DNA of 64,000 nt from Roseibacillus sp. (GCA_051251855.1 JBPOGI010000008.1:23250-87249); one strand, 5' to 3'; shown: positions 1 to 11,776, counted from the first letter of the stretch. Program-made: numbers and translations. Notes: generated from the sequence alone by a model not told the origin.

Positions 1-7
1 ATATTTT

Positions 8-1510
8 TCACGCTTCCTCCCTCTCTCTCTCTTTTTCCTTCAGTCTTCCAACCACCTCAATGGCCTTACGCACCTCCACTCGGTCGTCGAAGGTGATCGT
101 CTCGTTCGCAAAAATTTGGTAATCTTCGTGCCCCTTTCCTGCCACGAGAACGATGTCATTGGGCTTCGACATCTCGATGGCCGTTCGAATAGCTTCTCGA
201 CGATCAGGAATGCTCGCGTGCCCTGCACCCATGAAACCCTTCTCAACATCACTGATGATGGAGGCTGGTTCCTCGCCGCGAGGGTTATCTGAAGTCACAA
301 TACAAAAGTCGCTGTCTTTCTCAGCTGCACGCGCCATCGGAGCACGCTTACCTCGGTCGCGACCACCACCACAGCCAAAGACCGTAATGAGTCGTCCGGG
401 CTCCAATTCACGAAGAGTTCGGCAAACATTCTGAACCGCATCTGGGGTGTGAGCGTAATCAACAAAGACTGCCGCACCATCCACCATACCAGCCAACTCA
501 AGACGCCCGGGCACCCCTGCAATGTCCTTCACTGCGGAAATGGCATCGCGCAGTGGAACGCCAATGGCATCGACCGAAGCCAAGGCAGCCAAGGTATTCA
601 AAACATTGAATCGACCGATCAAGGGCACCCGCACAAGAAACGACTTCCCTTTTGCTTCCAAATGAAACTCCATCCCCTTGGCCGATTGCTTAATTCGCCC
701 AGCTTGAAAATCACAATGAGTACCGAAGCCATAGCTCACCAACTTCAAGCGTCCTTCAAAGTCTCTTAATAAATCGGCTCCATAAGAGTCGTCGCCATTG
801 ACCACCGCCACCGCCTTTGAACTTTCTGCGGCCATGCTCGTGAAGAGAATCTTCTTTGCTTCAAAGTAGTTCCCCATCGTCCCGTGATAGTCGAGATGGT
901 CCTGCGTGAGGTTCGTGAAGACTCCCACCTTAAAATTGACTCCTTTCACTCGCCCCTGCTCCAAGCCGTGGGACGACACCTCCATCGCAACTCCGTGGCA
1001 ACCATTGTCGCGCATGCGAGCCAACAGCCCCTGCAACTCAACCGCTCCAGGCGTGGTGTGCGTAGCAGGCGTTACCGTCAATCCATCGTCTACCTGAATA
1101 GTCCCGATCATACCCGCCCGCTGGCGAATGCGCTTAAGAATCTCATGAACCAAGTAGGCAATAGTCGTCTTTCCGTTGGTTCCCGTAATGCCAATGATAT
1201 TGAGGTCTGCCGAGGGAGAACCTGCCTGTAGGTCGGCAAGCACTGCGAGAGCGTCACGTGAATTACTCACTTGAATCCATGTCCCTGCAAAGCTATCCAA
1301 CGGCTCATCTTCAGCAACAATCGCCACCGCCCCACTCTCGATCGCAGTCGCAATGTAGCGATGCCCATCGAACTCGGTTCCTCGCACCGCAACAAACACA
1401 GAGCCGGACTCCACTATACGAGAGTCATCAGTTACTTGTTTCCACACACCTTCGCGTGGCCCGCTAATGCGCGCCTTCGGGAGACAAGGTATAATTTCAG
1501 TTATATTCAT
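8..1510 (-). CDS. murE: UDP-N-acetylmuramoyl-tripeptide synthetase (m-DAP-adding)
   Basis: GITGTNGKTT P-loop, MEVSSH, FTNLTQDHLDYH, DYAHTPDA, SDNPR (DAP-specificity motif), AGKGHE. Its TGA overlaps a GTG that probably starts the next dcw gene beyond the window edge. Confidence 0.97.
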   Translation of the reverse strand: MNITEIIPCLPKARISGPREGVWKQVTDDSRIVESGSVFVAVRGTEFDGHRYIATAIESGAVAIVAEDEPLDSFAGTWIQVSNSRDALAVLADLQAGSPSADLNIIGITGTNGKTTIAYLVHEILKRIRQRAGMIGTIQVDDGLTVTPATHTTPGAVELQGLLARMRDNGCHGVAMEVSSHGLEQGRVKGVNFKVGVFTNLTQDHLDYHGTMGNYFEAKKILFTSMAAESSKAVAVVNGDDSYGADLLRDFEGRLKLVSYGFGTHCDFQAGRIKQSAKGMEFHLEAKGKSFLVRVPLIGRFNVLNTLAALASVDAIGVPLRDAISAVKDIAGVPGRLELAGMVDGAAVFVDYAHTPDAVQNVCRTLRELEPGRLITVFGCGGGRDRGKRAPMARAAEKDSDFCIVTSDNPRGEEPASIISDVEKGFMGAGHASIPDRREAIRTAIEMSKPNDIVLVAGKGHEDYQIFANETITFDDRVEVRKAIEVVGRLKEKEREREEA

Positions 1511-3423
1511 TGGCTTGCTAAAGGCTGCACCACGGTGCGCGTTGGCTTGAGATTCATTGCGGAGGCCAGACGGCCAGCGACTTTGGAAAAAATTGGGGCC
1601 GCAATCGTTCCACCCCCATGAGTCGCATCAGGAGTTTGAGGGTCATCAATCACCACCACACAAACGAACTCGGGATTCTCAACAGGAAGCATTCCGGCAA
1701 ACGAGGCTACCTTACGATTCTTGTCGTATCCCCCATCAATCACCTTCCAGGCCGTCCCAGTTTTGCCTGCAACTCCAAATCCGGGGACCGCCCCTTTGGT
1801 CGCCGTTCCACCGGGTTCGGTGACGGTTGCCAAAGCACGACGCATGTGAGCCGCCGTCTGAGGCGAAACCACCTGTCGAATCATTTCTGGTTCAAAGGAA
1901 TGAATACGTTGACCGTTAGGCATCATTACCGACTTCACTAAGAGCGGCTTCATCAGCTTTCCTCCGTTCGCAATCACGCAATAGGCATTGGCCACCTGAA
2001 GGGGCGTCACGTTCACAGCGTAACCATAACAGCGGGAAGCAAACTCACGGTTATTTGCTGTATGAGGAGTCAGGCCCGCCTGCTCGCCTCCAAGAGAAAT
2101 CCCCGTCCGCTGCCCGAAACCAAAATCGTCCATATAGCGATAGAAACGCTCCCGCCCTAACATCTTAGCAAACTGGAAAGTGCCAATGTTACTCGATTTC
2201 GCTAAAACTTCCCGTAGGGATAACCATCCAAAAGGCATATAATCCTTCACTGGCGGTTTCAACTCATTGCATTCGCCATCGTGGCAAAAAACTCTCGTCC
2301 AAGGATTGGCCAACCCCTCCTCAATCACCGCTGCGGTGGCAATAATCTTAAACGTTGATCCCGGCTCGTAAACGGCCTGCATCGCATAGTTCACCCCGGC
2401 CACTCCTACATTCTCACGCTTATTTAAATCAAAGGTAGGCCGACTCGCCATCGCGAGAACTTCTCCCGTATGAGGATTCATTACCACAATCGCCCCCCGC
2501 TTCGCATGAGCGAAAGCCAAGCCTGCATCGAGTTCCTCTTCCACCAATGCTTGAAAACTCAAGTCGAGACTCAACTGAACATCGAGCCCAGGAATCGGTG
2601 GCTTCACTACTCCACTGGTCTTTCCAAGGCGAAGATTTCGCGCATCCCTCTTGGTCACCTCGTAACCATCCTTACCCTGAAGATACTTTGCTTGGCTTCT
2701 CTCGATTCCTGAAACCCCAACAATGTGCTCTTCTTTTGATCCCTCCCTCACCGGACGAGAACTTCGGATTCCCACCACGTGAGCGCCCAACTTAGGGTTG
2801 GGGTAGATACGACGGTAGCTCTTCCGAAAAATAAGCCCTTGAATACGGTTCTCTCTGGCAGCGGCTTGAATCTTATCCGAAATTTCTTCCGGCACCTTCT
2901 TCGCTAGAATCAAAGGCCGATTAATACGCTTATCGACCGGCCCAACCTTTTCTAACAAATCATCACGGTGCGGATACTCCTTCAAGTGAGGAGTCAAAAT
3001 AGAAGCCAGCAATGAAAGGTGCTGCTGCACAATATCAAGCTTATCGCGAGTCTTCAGAACCTCATCGCTCAAGCCCCCTACAATCTGATCTCTTTGGTGC
3101 TCACTCGCGGTTGACCACTCCTCGCGTAAAACCGCACGAGCATAGGCCACTCCCGGAGCAACCACGGTGGCATCGGTAAGGTGATTGAGGTCTACCGAAA
3201 TTTCTGTGACCGGATTATTACGTGCAATGACTTCTTCATTGCGATCGACGATATACCCATTCTGGGCAAGCAAAGGACGCTTAATAGAACGACCAGGCGA
3301 CGACGAATGAGCATCCTCCTCCGAGTCCCACTGCAGATAAATGAGACGACCCGAAAGCGCGCTGAGCCCAGCTACCAAAGCCAGGCACACAATCAACACT
3401 CGCGCTTGTAGTCCTTTATTCAT
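1507..3423 (-). CDS. ftsI: Class B penicillin-binding protein (FtsI/PBP3-like)
   Basis: N-terminal TM helix, RIYP, EPGSTFK (SxxK), SSN (SxN), KTG; position in dcw cluster. Confidence 0.92.
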   Translation of the reverse strand: MNKGLQARVLIVCLALVAGLSALSGRLIYLQWDSEEDAHSSSPGRSIKRPLLAQNGYIVDRNEEVIARNNPVTEISVDLNHLTDATVVAPGVAYARAVLREEWSTASEHQRDQIVGGLSDEVLKTRDKLDIVQQHLSLLASILTPHLKEYPHRDDLLEKVGPVDKRINRPLILAKKVPEEISDKIQAAARENRIQGLIFRKSYRRIYPNPKLGAHVVGIRSSRPVREGSKEEHIVGVSGIERSQAKYLQGKDGYEVTKRDARNLRLGKTSGVVKPPIPGLDVQLSLDLSFQALVEEELDAGLAFAHAKRGAIVVMNPHTGEVLAMASRPTFDLNKRENVGVAGVNYAMQAVYEPGSTFKIIATAAVIEEGLANPWTRVFCHDGECNELKPPVKDYMPFGWLSLREVLAKSSNIGTFQFAKMLGRERFYRYMDDFGFGQRTGISLGGEQAGLTPHTANNREFASRCYGYAVNVTPLQVANAYCVIANGGKLMKPLLVKSVMMPNGQRIHSFEPEMIRQVVSPQTAAHMRRALATVTEPGGTATKGAVPGFGVAGKTGTAWKVIDGGYDKNRKVASFAGMLPVENPEFVCVVVIDDPQTPDATHGGGTIAAPIFSKVAGRLASAMNLKPTRTVVQPLASQ

Positions 3424-3762
3424 CTATTCAGCTCTGGCCATTTCGGGAACAGTCCCGACAGCGTAGACATCTTCGATTGCTTGCAGTGGAATACCTCTCA
3501 GTTGAGTTTCAGCAGCAACTAGGGAGTTGCGTAGATCCCAACGATTCTCTAATTGCCCTAGGCGAATCTCCAAATTGGTAACATCACGATCGTGCTCTCG
3601 GATCCGACGCTCCACCTGCTCAATCTCGCGAACCACGTTCAACTGTTGATTCTTCATCACAGTATGAAAGACACCCGTTGCACCCAACGAAATAGCGGTG
3701 AGCACCAAGAGGGCAAACACTCCCGGATTCAAACTGGCTCTCTTCTTTTTATTTTTACTCAT
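3424..3762 (-). CDS. ftsL: FtsL-like division protein
   Basis: Basic N-terminus, single TM, coiled coil; located between rsmH and ftsI. Symbol assigned from synteny and topology. Confidence 0.7.
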   Translation of the reverse strand: MSKNKKKRASLNPGVFALLVLTAISLGATGVFHTVMKNQQLNVVREIEQVERRIREHDRDVTNLEIRLGQLENRWDLRNSLVAAETQLRGIPLQAIEDVYAVGTVPEMARAE

Positions 3763-4817
3763 CGTCTTTTAGCGAGTCGTAGCTTTGCGCTTCGCGCGCG
3801 GGTATTACGGGCGAGCTCGGCATCTCCTGCCGAAATCGCTTTGCGAGAAATCAGGTCCCAAGCGAGCTCAGGATTTGGACGTGGCTCAGGCCACTCAGGA
3901 CGGTCGATAAACTCAACACTCCCCTTTTTTAAAAATTGTTTAACGAGGCGATCCTCCAAACTGTGAAAAGTAATCACCGCCAAGATGCCACCAGGCTTCA
4001 GAACATCTTGCGCCGCCTCGAGACCAGCTGTCACCGAGTCCAACTCCGTATTCACCGCCATCCGCAACGCTTGAAAAACTCGCGTAGCAGGATGCTTACG
4101 CCCCCGTCCGCCCATCGTCTTCTCAACACACCCCGCCAACTGCAAAGTGGTAGTAAACTCTTGCTCTTCACGAGCCTTCACAATTGCCGCTGCAATTCGG
4201 CGCGACGCCTTCTCTTCTCCATAGAGAAAGAAAATGTTCGCCAACTCTTCAGCCGATCGCGTGTTCACATAGTCCGCAGCGGTTTCCCCTGCCGACTGAT
4301 TCATCCGCATATCTAGCGGACCTTCTTTTTGAAAGGAAAACCCGCGCTCAGCCTGATCGAGTTGCCAAGATGACACCCCCAAGTCTAACAAGACCCCATC
4401 GACAGACTGCGCGGGCACTACCGAACGCATTTCCGAAAAATTTCCCTGCTCAGCACGAAAGCGATCTCCAAAGACCTCCAGTCGTTTTCCAGCATAGGCG
4501 AGGGCATCGCTATCGCGGTCCATTCCGACGACTTGCGCACCCGACTCTAACAGACGCTCGCTGTGACCACCGCCACCGAGCGTTCCATCAAGAAATAGTT
4601 TATCCTCTGTAGGCTCTAGTCCCGTAAGAGTCTCATCTACCAAAACAGGTTCGTGATAGAACTCACGCTCATTAACTTCCCCACCCTGTTCGGTAGCAGC
4701 AGAGCTTTGAAAAACGTGACCCCGCCATTCCGGCACCACCGATTCCACCGTCCGTCGTATAACGGCAAGGCAGTCGGAGAAGTCGGCAAATGCCGGAATG
4801 AATGCGGGTGTCAGCAT
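3759..4817 (-). CDS. rsmH: 16S rRNA m4C1402 methyltransferase with N-terminal extension
   Basis: HEPVL, DGTLGGGGHS, DLGVSSWQLD, RGFSF, PLDMRM, HPATRVFQALR, ITFHSLEDR, RARSAKLR. Nearest in-frame ATG upstream of the conserved domain is 4817; start uncertain. Confidence 0.95.
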   Translation of the reverse strand: MLTPAFIPAFADFSDCLAVIRRTVESVVPEWRGHVFQSSAATEQGGEVNEREFYHEPVLVDETLTGLEPTEDKLFLDGTLGGGGHSERLLESGAQVVGMDRDSDALAYAGKRLEVFGDRFRAEQGNFSEMRSVVPAQSVDGVLLDLGVSSWQLDQAERGFSFQKEGPLDMRMNQSAGETAADYVNTRSAEELANIFFLYGEEKASRRIAAAIVKAREEQEFTTTLQLAGCVEKTMGGRGRKHPATRVFQALRMAVNTELDSVTAGLEAAQDVLKPGGILAVITFHSLEDRLVKQFLKKGSVEFIDRPEWPEPRPNPELAWDLISRKAISAGDAELARNTRARSAKLRLAKRR

Positions 4818-5350
4818 GTTTTTCAGTGTTCCAATCCTGTTTTTATCCAGTAAATCCAGTAGCTCGAGGGAGGTCCGCGACCTGCCCCTCACGCAAAATT
4901 TTGAAATAACGGAAAGCTGCCACCCCAAGCCCACGCTCGCACAGCGTCGCAAATCTCTGACCGGCAAGGCAGATGGCTTGCGCCGCGCGAAACAGCAGGT
5001 TTTGGGGTGACAACAGTGTTCCAGTTATCCAGTTATCCAGTAAAGTCGTCGGGAAACTGCCACCACTCCGGGCCTCACGAAGGCCCTCTCCTGACTTGAA
5101 AGTCCTTTTGGCAAGGCAGTCTTGCCGAGAGGAGGCTCTCGATTCGCGCCGGAGTGGCAGCATTGTTCCAGTGTTCCAGTTATCCAGTAAAGTCGTTGGG
5201 AAATCAGACAGGAGGACGCCGCCACCCCAAGCCTCGCAAAGGCCCGTTTTCAGCAGAAAGCACCTTTCGGCAAGGCAATCGTGCTGAGTCAGGGTTTTCG
5301 CTTGGTTTTGAGGTGACGACATTGTTCCAGTGTTCCAGTTATCCAGTAAA
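4708..5350 (-). ncRNA. Array of four putative structured RNA units separated by (ACTGGA)n linkers
   Basis: Units at 5217-5321, 5058-5162, 4916-5014 and ~4708-4825. Closing stems covary. TGCCTTGCC at 5269-5277, 5110-5118, 4963-4971 and 4764-4772. The repeat is directly visible; RNA function is inferred. Confidence 0.65.
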
Positions 5351-5355
5351 TTCAT
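4843..5355 (-). CDS. Possible 170-aa leader ORF reading through three repeat units
   Basis: ATG 11 nt after the mraZ stop; repeat spacings of 159 and 147 nt keep the frame (LLDNWxTGT...CLA three times). May be a by-product of the nucleotide repeat. Confidence 0.3.
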   Translation of the reverse strand: MNLLDNWNTGTMSSPQNQAKTLTQHDCLAERCFLLKTGLCEAWGGGVLLSDFPTTLLDNWNTGTMLPLRRESRASSRQDCLAKRTFKSGEGLREARSGGSFPTTLLDNWITGTLLSPQNLLFRAAQAICLAGQRFATLCERGLGVAAFRYFKILREGQVADLPRATGFTG

Positions 5356-5366
5356 TCTTAAGCCCC

Positions 5367-5834
5367 TTACCCAAAGTCGACTGAGTCGTAGAGGTCTTCC
5401 AAAATCTGCGCTTCCTTCGCGCGCAGTTCTTCCACATTCTTCGGAGCCACCAAATCAAAGGCTGCTCCCCGTCCAAAAAGGTGTACTGACTCCCCCGCTT
5501 CGAATCCGTGAGCACTCGCGGTCTTTTTTGGCACCGCCAACTTGCCCTGGTCATTCAAAGTCACTGACTCGCTGCCCGAGTACACCGCCTGCTTCTGCGC
5601 ATTTCGCGTTCCGGCAGGAATGGCCTCATTAGAAGCAATCGATTCAATAACAGCCTCGAAGGCCTCTTGGGTCATCGCCCGCAGAACCGGAACTTTCAGA
5701 TGCTTCCACTTCAAAAGTCGCAACTGAACCGTCTGTCCACTCGCAGGGCGCCAAGCGGAAGGCACGGAAACTCGATACTTACTATCAAGTTTATGCTCAA
5801 CAACGCCTTCAAGGCTCTGGTTTGGTACACCCAC
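5367..5834 (-). CDS. mraZ: Division/cell-wall cluster transcriptional regulator MraZ
   Basis: Two AbrB-like repeats (HKLDSKYRVSVP; TLNDQGKLAVP); first gene of the dcw cluster. GTG start at 5834 is a best guess. Confidence 0.88.
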   Translation of the reverse strand: MGVPNQSLEGVVEHKLDSKYRVSVPSAWRPASGQTVQLRLLKWKHLKVPVLRAMTQEAFEAVIESIASNEAIPAGTRNAQKQAVYSGSESVTLNDQGKLAVPKKTASAHGFEAGESVHLFGRGAAFDLVAPKNVEELRAKEAQILEDLYDSVDFG

Positions 5835-6086
5835 GGTTTCTCTTGGTTCCTTACGGTGCACAGTAGTACACAATTTGACCCTACACGGTCAATCTCTTTG
5901 TTTTCAGTACACTTCGCATTGCTTAACAATCCTTGCTAGCACAATGTTTTTAAAACTTTTACTTCGTGTCAGCGGATTATTAATAAAACTTAATTAAACT
6001 GCTGAACAGCCCACGCAGCGTCAGCATTTGCTCCTCTCTGGCACCCTTTGCCGTTTCTTTTTTTTAAAACGAGGCCAGCCTTCCCC

Positions 6087-7385
6087 GTGCGCGAAATCCT
6101 CTCTGGCTCCGGCCCCTTCCGTCATAATAACGTTCGGCTCTACGCTTGGTTCACCGTTCTCTATAACGCACGGGCCTACTACCCCATTTTCGCTATTCTC
6201 TTCCTCGACCTCGGCCTCAGCCGCGAGCAGTTCCTCACTCTCAACGCGGTCTGGGCTGCCGCCATCTTTCTACTCGAAGTCCCCTCCGGCGCTCTCGCCG
6301 ACACCATCGGCCGCAAAAAACTCCTCGTAGCTGCGGGCATCATGATGATTCTCGAGATGGCCCTCCTCCTCTTTGCCCCTCAAAACGGCGGCTGGGTTCT
6401 TCTCATGATGGTCTTCGCCAATCGACTTCTCTCAGGCGCTTCCGAAGCCTCCGCCAGCGGGGCCGACCAAGCCCTCGCCTACGACACTCTGCAGGAAAAG
6501 GGCGAGGAAGAACAATGGGACCACGTTCTCGCCACCGTCATGACCCTGCGCTCGGCAGGCTTTTTCACAGCCATGATTCTCGGCTCCCTTCTCTACGACC
6601 CCTCCATCTTAGCCAAAGTCATTCCAAACCTCGGCGACCTCGATAAGTCCCTCACTCTGCGCCTCCCCCTCGCGCTTGTCTTTATCCAAGGCATCGCCTG
6701 CCTCTTCCTCGCCCTGCGTATGCGCGACATCGAAGACAGCGACGCCGAGCGCCCCTCTTTAAAGAAAGCCTTTCGCACCACCCTCTCCGCCGGCAAGTGG
6801 CTCTTCACTACCCCCCTCGCTCTCATGGTCGTCATCGGTGGCGTGCTTGCAGACTCCTTCGCTCGCACCTTCGCCACCCTCACCTCGGACTACTTCCGCT
6901 TCATCCAAGTCCCCGAATGGCTCTTCGGATTTCTTGGCGCGGGCTTCGCCGTCGTCGGCATCTTCACCCCCAAGCTCGCCAAGACCCTTTCCCAAAAATA
7001 CTCCCCACGCACCCACCTCCTCATCATCGTCACCTGGGCCACCGGAGCCCTCCTCCTCCTCGGCCAAGCTTGGCCCTATTGGGGTATCATCCCCGCGGTC
7101 CTCACCATGATGGTCCTCTCATGGACCGACTTTCTCTGCTCGCGCGAGCTCAACAAACTCGCCGACTCCTCCCAACGCGCCACCATTCTTTCGGTCAAAG
7201 GCCTCATCTTCAACCTCGGCTACGGACTCGCTTCTCTTGGATTCGCTGGTGCTGTCGCTGGCTTCCAAAAGCAAGGCCTCACCGAAAACCAAGCCTTTCA
7301 ATCCACCCTCCTCTGGCAACCCGCCCTCCTCGCCTCCCTCATTATCGTCTTCGCCGTCTGGTCCCGCGGCGTCAAACAGCCCTAA
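6087..7385 (+). CDS. MFS transporter
   Basis: About 12 TM helices; EVPSGALADTIGRK motif A; start uncertain. Confidence 0.9.
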   Translation: MREILSGSGPFRHNNVRLYAWFTVLYNARAYYPIFAILFLDLGLSREQFLTLNAVWAAAIFLLEVPSGALADTIGRKKLLVAAGIMMILEMALLLFAPQNGGWVLLMMVFANRLLSGASEASASGADQALAYDTLQEKGEEEQWDHVLATVMTLRSAGFFTAMILGSLLYDPSILAKVIPNLGDLDKSLTLRLPLALVFIQGIACLFLALRMRDIEDSDAERPSLKKAFRTTLSAGKWLFTTPLALMVVIGGVLADSFARTFATLTSDYFRFIQVPEWLFGFLGAGFAVVGIFTPKLAKTLSQKYSPRTHLLIIVTWATGALLLLGQAWPYWGIIPAVLTMMVLSWTDFLCSRELNKLADSSQRATILSVKGLIFNLGYGLASLGFAGAVAGFQKQGLTENQAFQSTLLWQPALLASLIIVFAVWSRGVKQP

Positions 7386-7541
7386 AACGTCGACCTCAGA
7401 CGGACCGCGAGTCTTTAGCTCGCCCCGCCGGTCCGGCTCCTTCCTGCAGGTAGGGCGCTCTAAACACTCGCCGTCTCTCGAAAAACCGTAAAACTCCTCC
7501 CCAACAAATAACTCATAACAAGTAACAAATCACCCCACCCC

Positions 7542-8612
7542 ATGCTCCCACTCATCCTCGGCCTCGACGGCCCCTCTCTCACCGACGCCGACCGCGAGCG
7601 CATCGCCCGCCACCAGCCCACCGGTTACATTCTCTTCACCCGCAACATCGTCGACGCCCAGCAAACCCGCGCCCTCACCGACGAACTCCGCACCCTCACC
7701 GACCACACCCCGCTCATCGGTATCGACAACGAAGGCGGCCGCGTTTGGCGTACCTCCGGACTCGGCCCCACTCCCCCCGACGCCGGCACCTTCGGCTCCC
7801 AAGGTGACTTTAAGCAAAGCGCCTGGTTCGGAGCTCTTGCCGGACGCCACCTCGAGATGCTCGGGGTCAACCTCAACTTCGCTCCCGACCTCGACATCGA
7901 TCACGAACCCGAAGAAGCCAACGCCCTCCGCGGACGCTGCTGGGGCCGCGACTCGCAACACATCATCGACCACGCCGGCAACTTCAATCGCTGGCTCCGC
8001 AAAAACGGCGTCCTCTCCTGCGGCAAACACTTCCCCGCCGGAGGCCGCGCCCGCGTCGACCCTCATCATGACCTCCCCATCGTCGACTCCACCCTCGAGG
8101 AACTCCTCGCCACCGACCTCATCCCCTACACCGCGCTCGATAAGGAACTCGACACCATCATGATCGCGCACATCCGCTACCCGCAGATAGACAACGAATA
8201 CCCCTCCTCCCTTTCCCGCCGCATCATCACCGACCTCCTCCGCAATCAACTTGGTTACCAAGGTCTCATTCTCACAGACGACCTCGACATGGGCGCCATC
8301 ACCAAAGGCTACGGCCGCGGCCCCGACTTCGAACTCGCCTGGCTTGCCGGCAACGACCTCCCCCTCCTCTGCCACGAACTCACCACCATCGACACCGCCG
8401 CCGAAGCCTACCAGCGCCTTCCTCACGAAATCCAAGAAGACATCGAAATCCGTCTCGAAAAGAAGCTCAAAAAACTTCCCCCGCCCCCCGCCTTCTCGCC
8501 CAAGAAATTTGAGAAAGACCTCGCCGACCTTTCCAAGCTCACTCACGACCTCACCGGCCAAGACTCCTTCACCTCGGACACCGCCACCCAGTCGCCCGTC
8601 GAAGACTACTAA
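7542..8612 (+). CDS. nagZ: GH3 beta-N-acetylhexosaminidase
   Basis: GYILFTRN, IDNEGGRV, NFAPDLD, KHFPAGG..DPH, LTDDLDMGA. Confidence 0.88.
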   Translation: MLPLILGLDGPSLTDADRERIARHQPTGYILFTRNIVDAQQTRALTDELRTLTDHTPLIGIDNEGGRVWRTSGLGPTPPDAGTFGSQGDFKQSAWFGALAGRHLEMLGVNLNFAPDLDIDHEPEEANALRGRCWGRDSQHIIDHAGNFNRWLRKNGVLSCGKHFPAGGRARVDPHHDLPIVDSTLEELLATDLIPYTALDKELDTIMIAHIRYPQIDNEYPSSLSRRIITDLLRNQLGYQGLILTDDLDMGAITKGYGRGPDFELAWLAGNDLPLLCHELTTIDTAAEAYQRLPHEIQEDIEIRLEKKLKKLPPPPAFSPKKFEKDLADLSKLTHDLTGQDSFTSDTATQSPVEDY

Positions 8613-8639
8613 TCGAAAAGCAACCTTTTGGTCGCCTAC

Positions 8640-8664
8640 GGAGGGGCGACCTTTACTGTCGCCC
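8640..8664 (+). repeat. REP-like palindrome (GGAG + hairpin)
   Basis: GGAG followed by GGGCGAC-ctttact-GTCGCCC just after nagZ; an alternative hairpin GGTCGCC/GGCGACC spans 8630-8651. Confidence 0.4.
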
Positions 8665-8920
8665 AGCACTGCAATCGTCCTCCCGTTGAAAAATCCGAGA
8701 CTCTTCTTCCACCCAAAAACCGACTTCACACACCACCCCAGCGGCAATAAAGGCCGCCGCTCCAGTCGATTCTCGACCTTCTCTTCTCAAAAATGAGAGC
8801 ACTTTCTCCCCCTTCTTGCTCTTTGTGTCCTTCGTGGTTCAAATTGTCCCATTTCATCATTTCCAAAAGCCCTCCTTTCCCCCACATTTCGAGCAAAAAA
8901 CGACCTCAACCCTTTATCAT

Positions 8921-11698
<2,778 letters not shown>

Positions 11699-11776
11699 CC
11701 CCTGGGAGCGCTGGTCTGTGACCGGGTTCCCCCGACTTGTCGGGGCCCCACTGCCAGATCCATCCAACCAAATCCC

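Noticed and set aside
17..32. CT microsatellite as a phase-variation tract
   Set aside because: Encodes the last residues (EREREE) of MurE; slippage would only alter the tail.
4818..4967. ORF-track N-terminal extension of rsmH to 4967
   Set aside because: Runs through repeat unit 3 and its linker with no RsmH-like character; ATG 4817 matches the unit register.
4824..5350. CRISPR array
   Set aside because: Inter-repeat segments are ~115-160 nt, homologous to each other and self-structured; the repeat is not palindromic; no cas genes in the window.
5850..5915. MraZ operator (GTG repeats) upstream of mraZ
   Set aside because: Only two GTG at 10-bp spacing (5859-5871); too weak to call.
8670..8845. 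RAYT transposase relic and short TTxGTG repeat upstream of acnB
   Set aside because: Only a vague resemblance; no HUH or catalytic Tyr motif visible.
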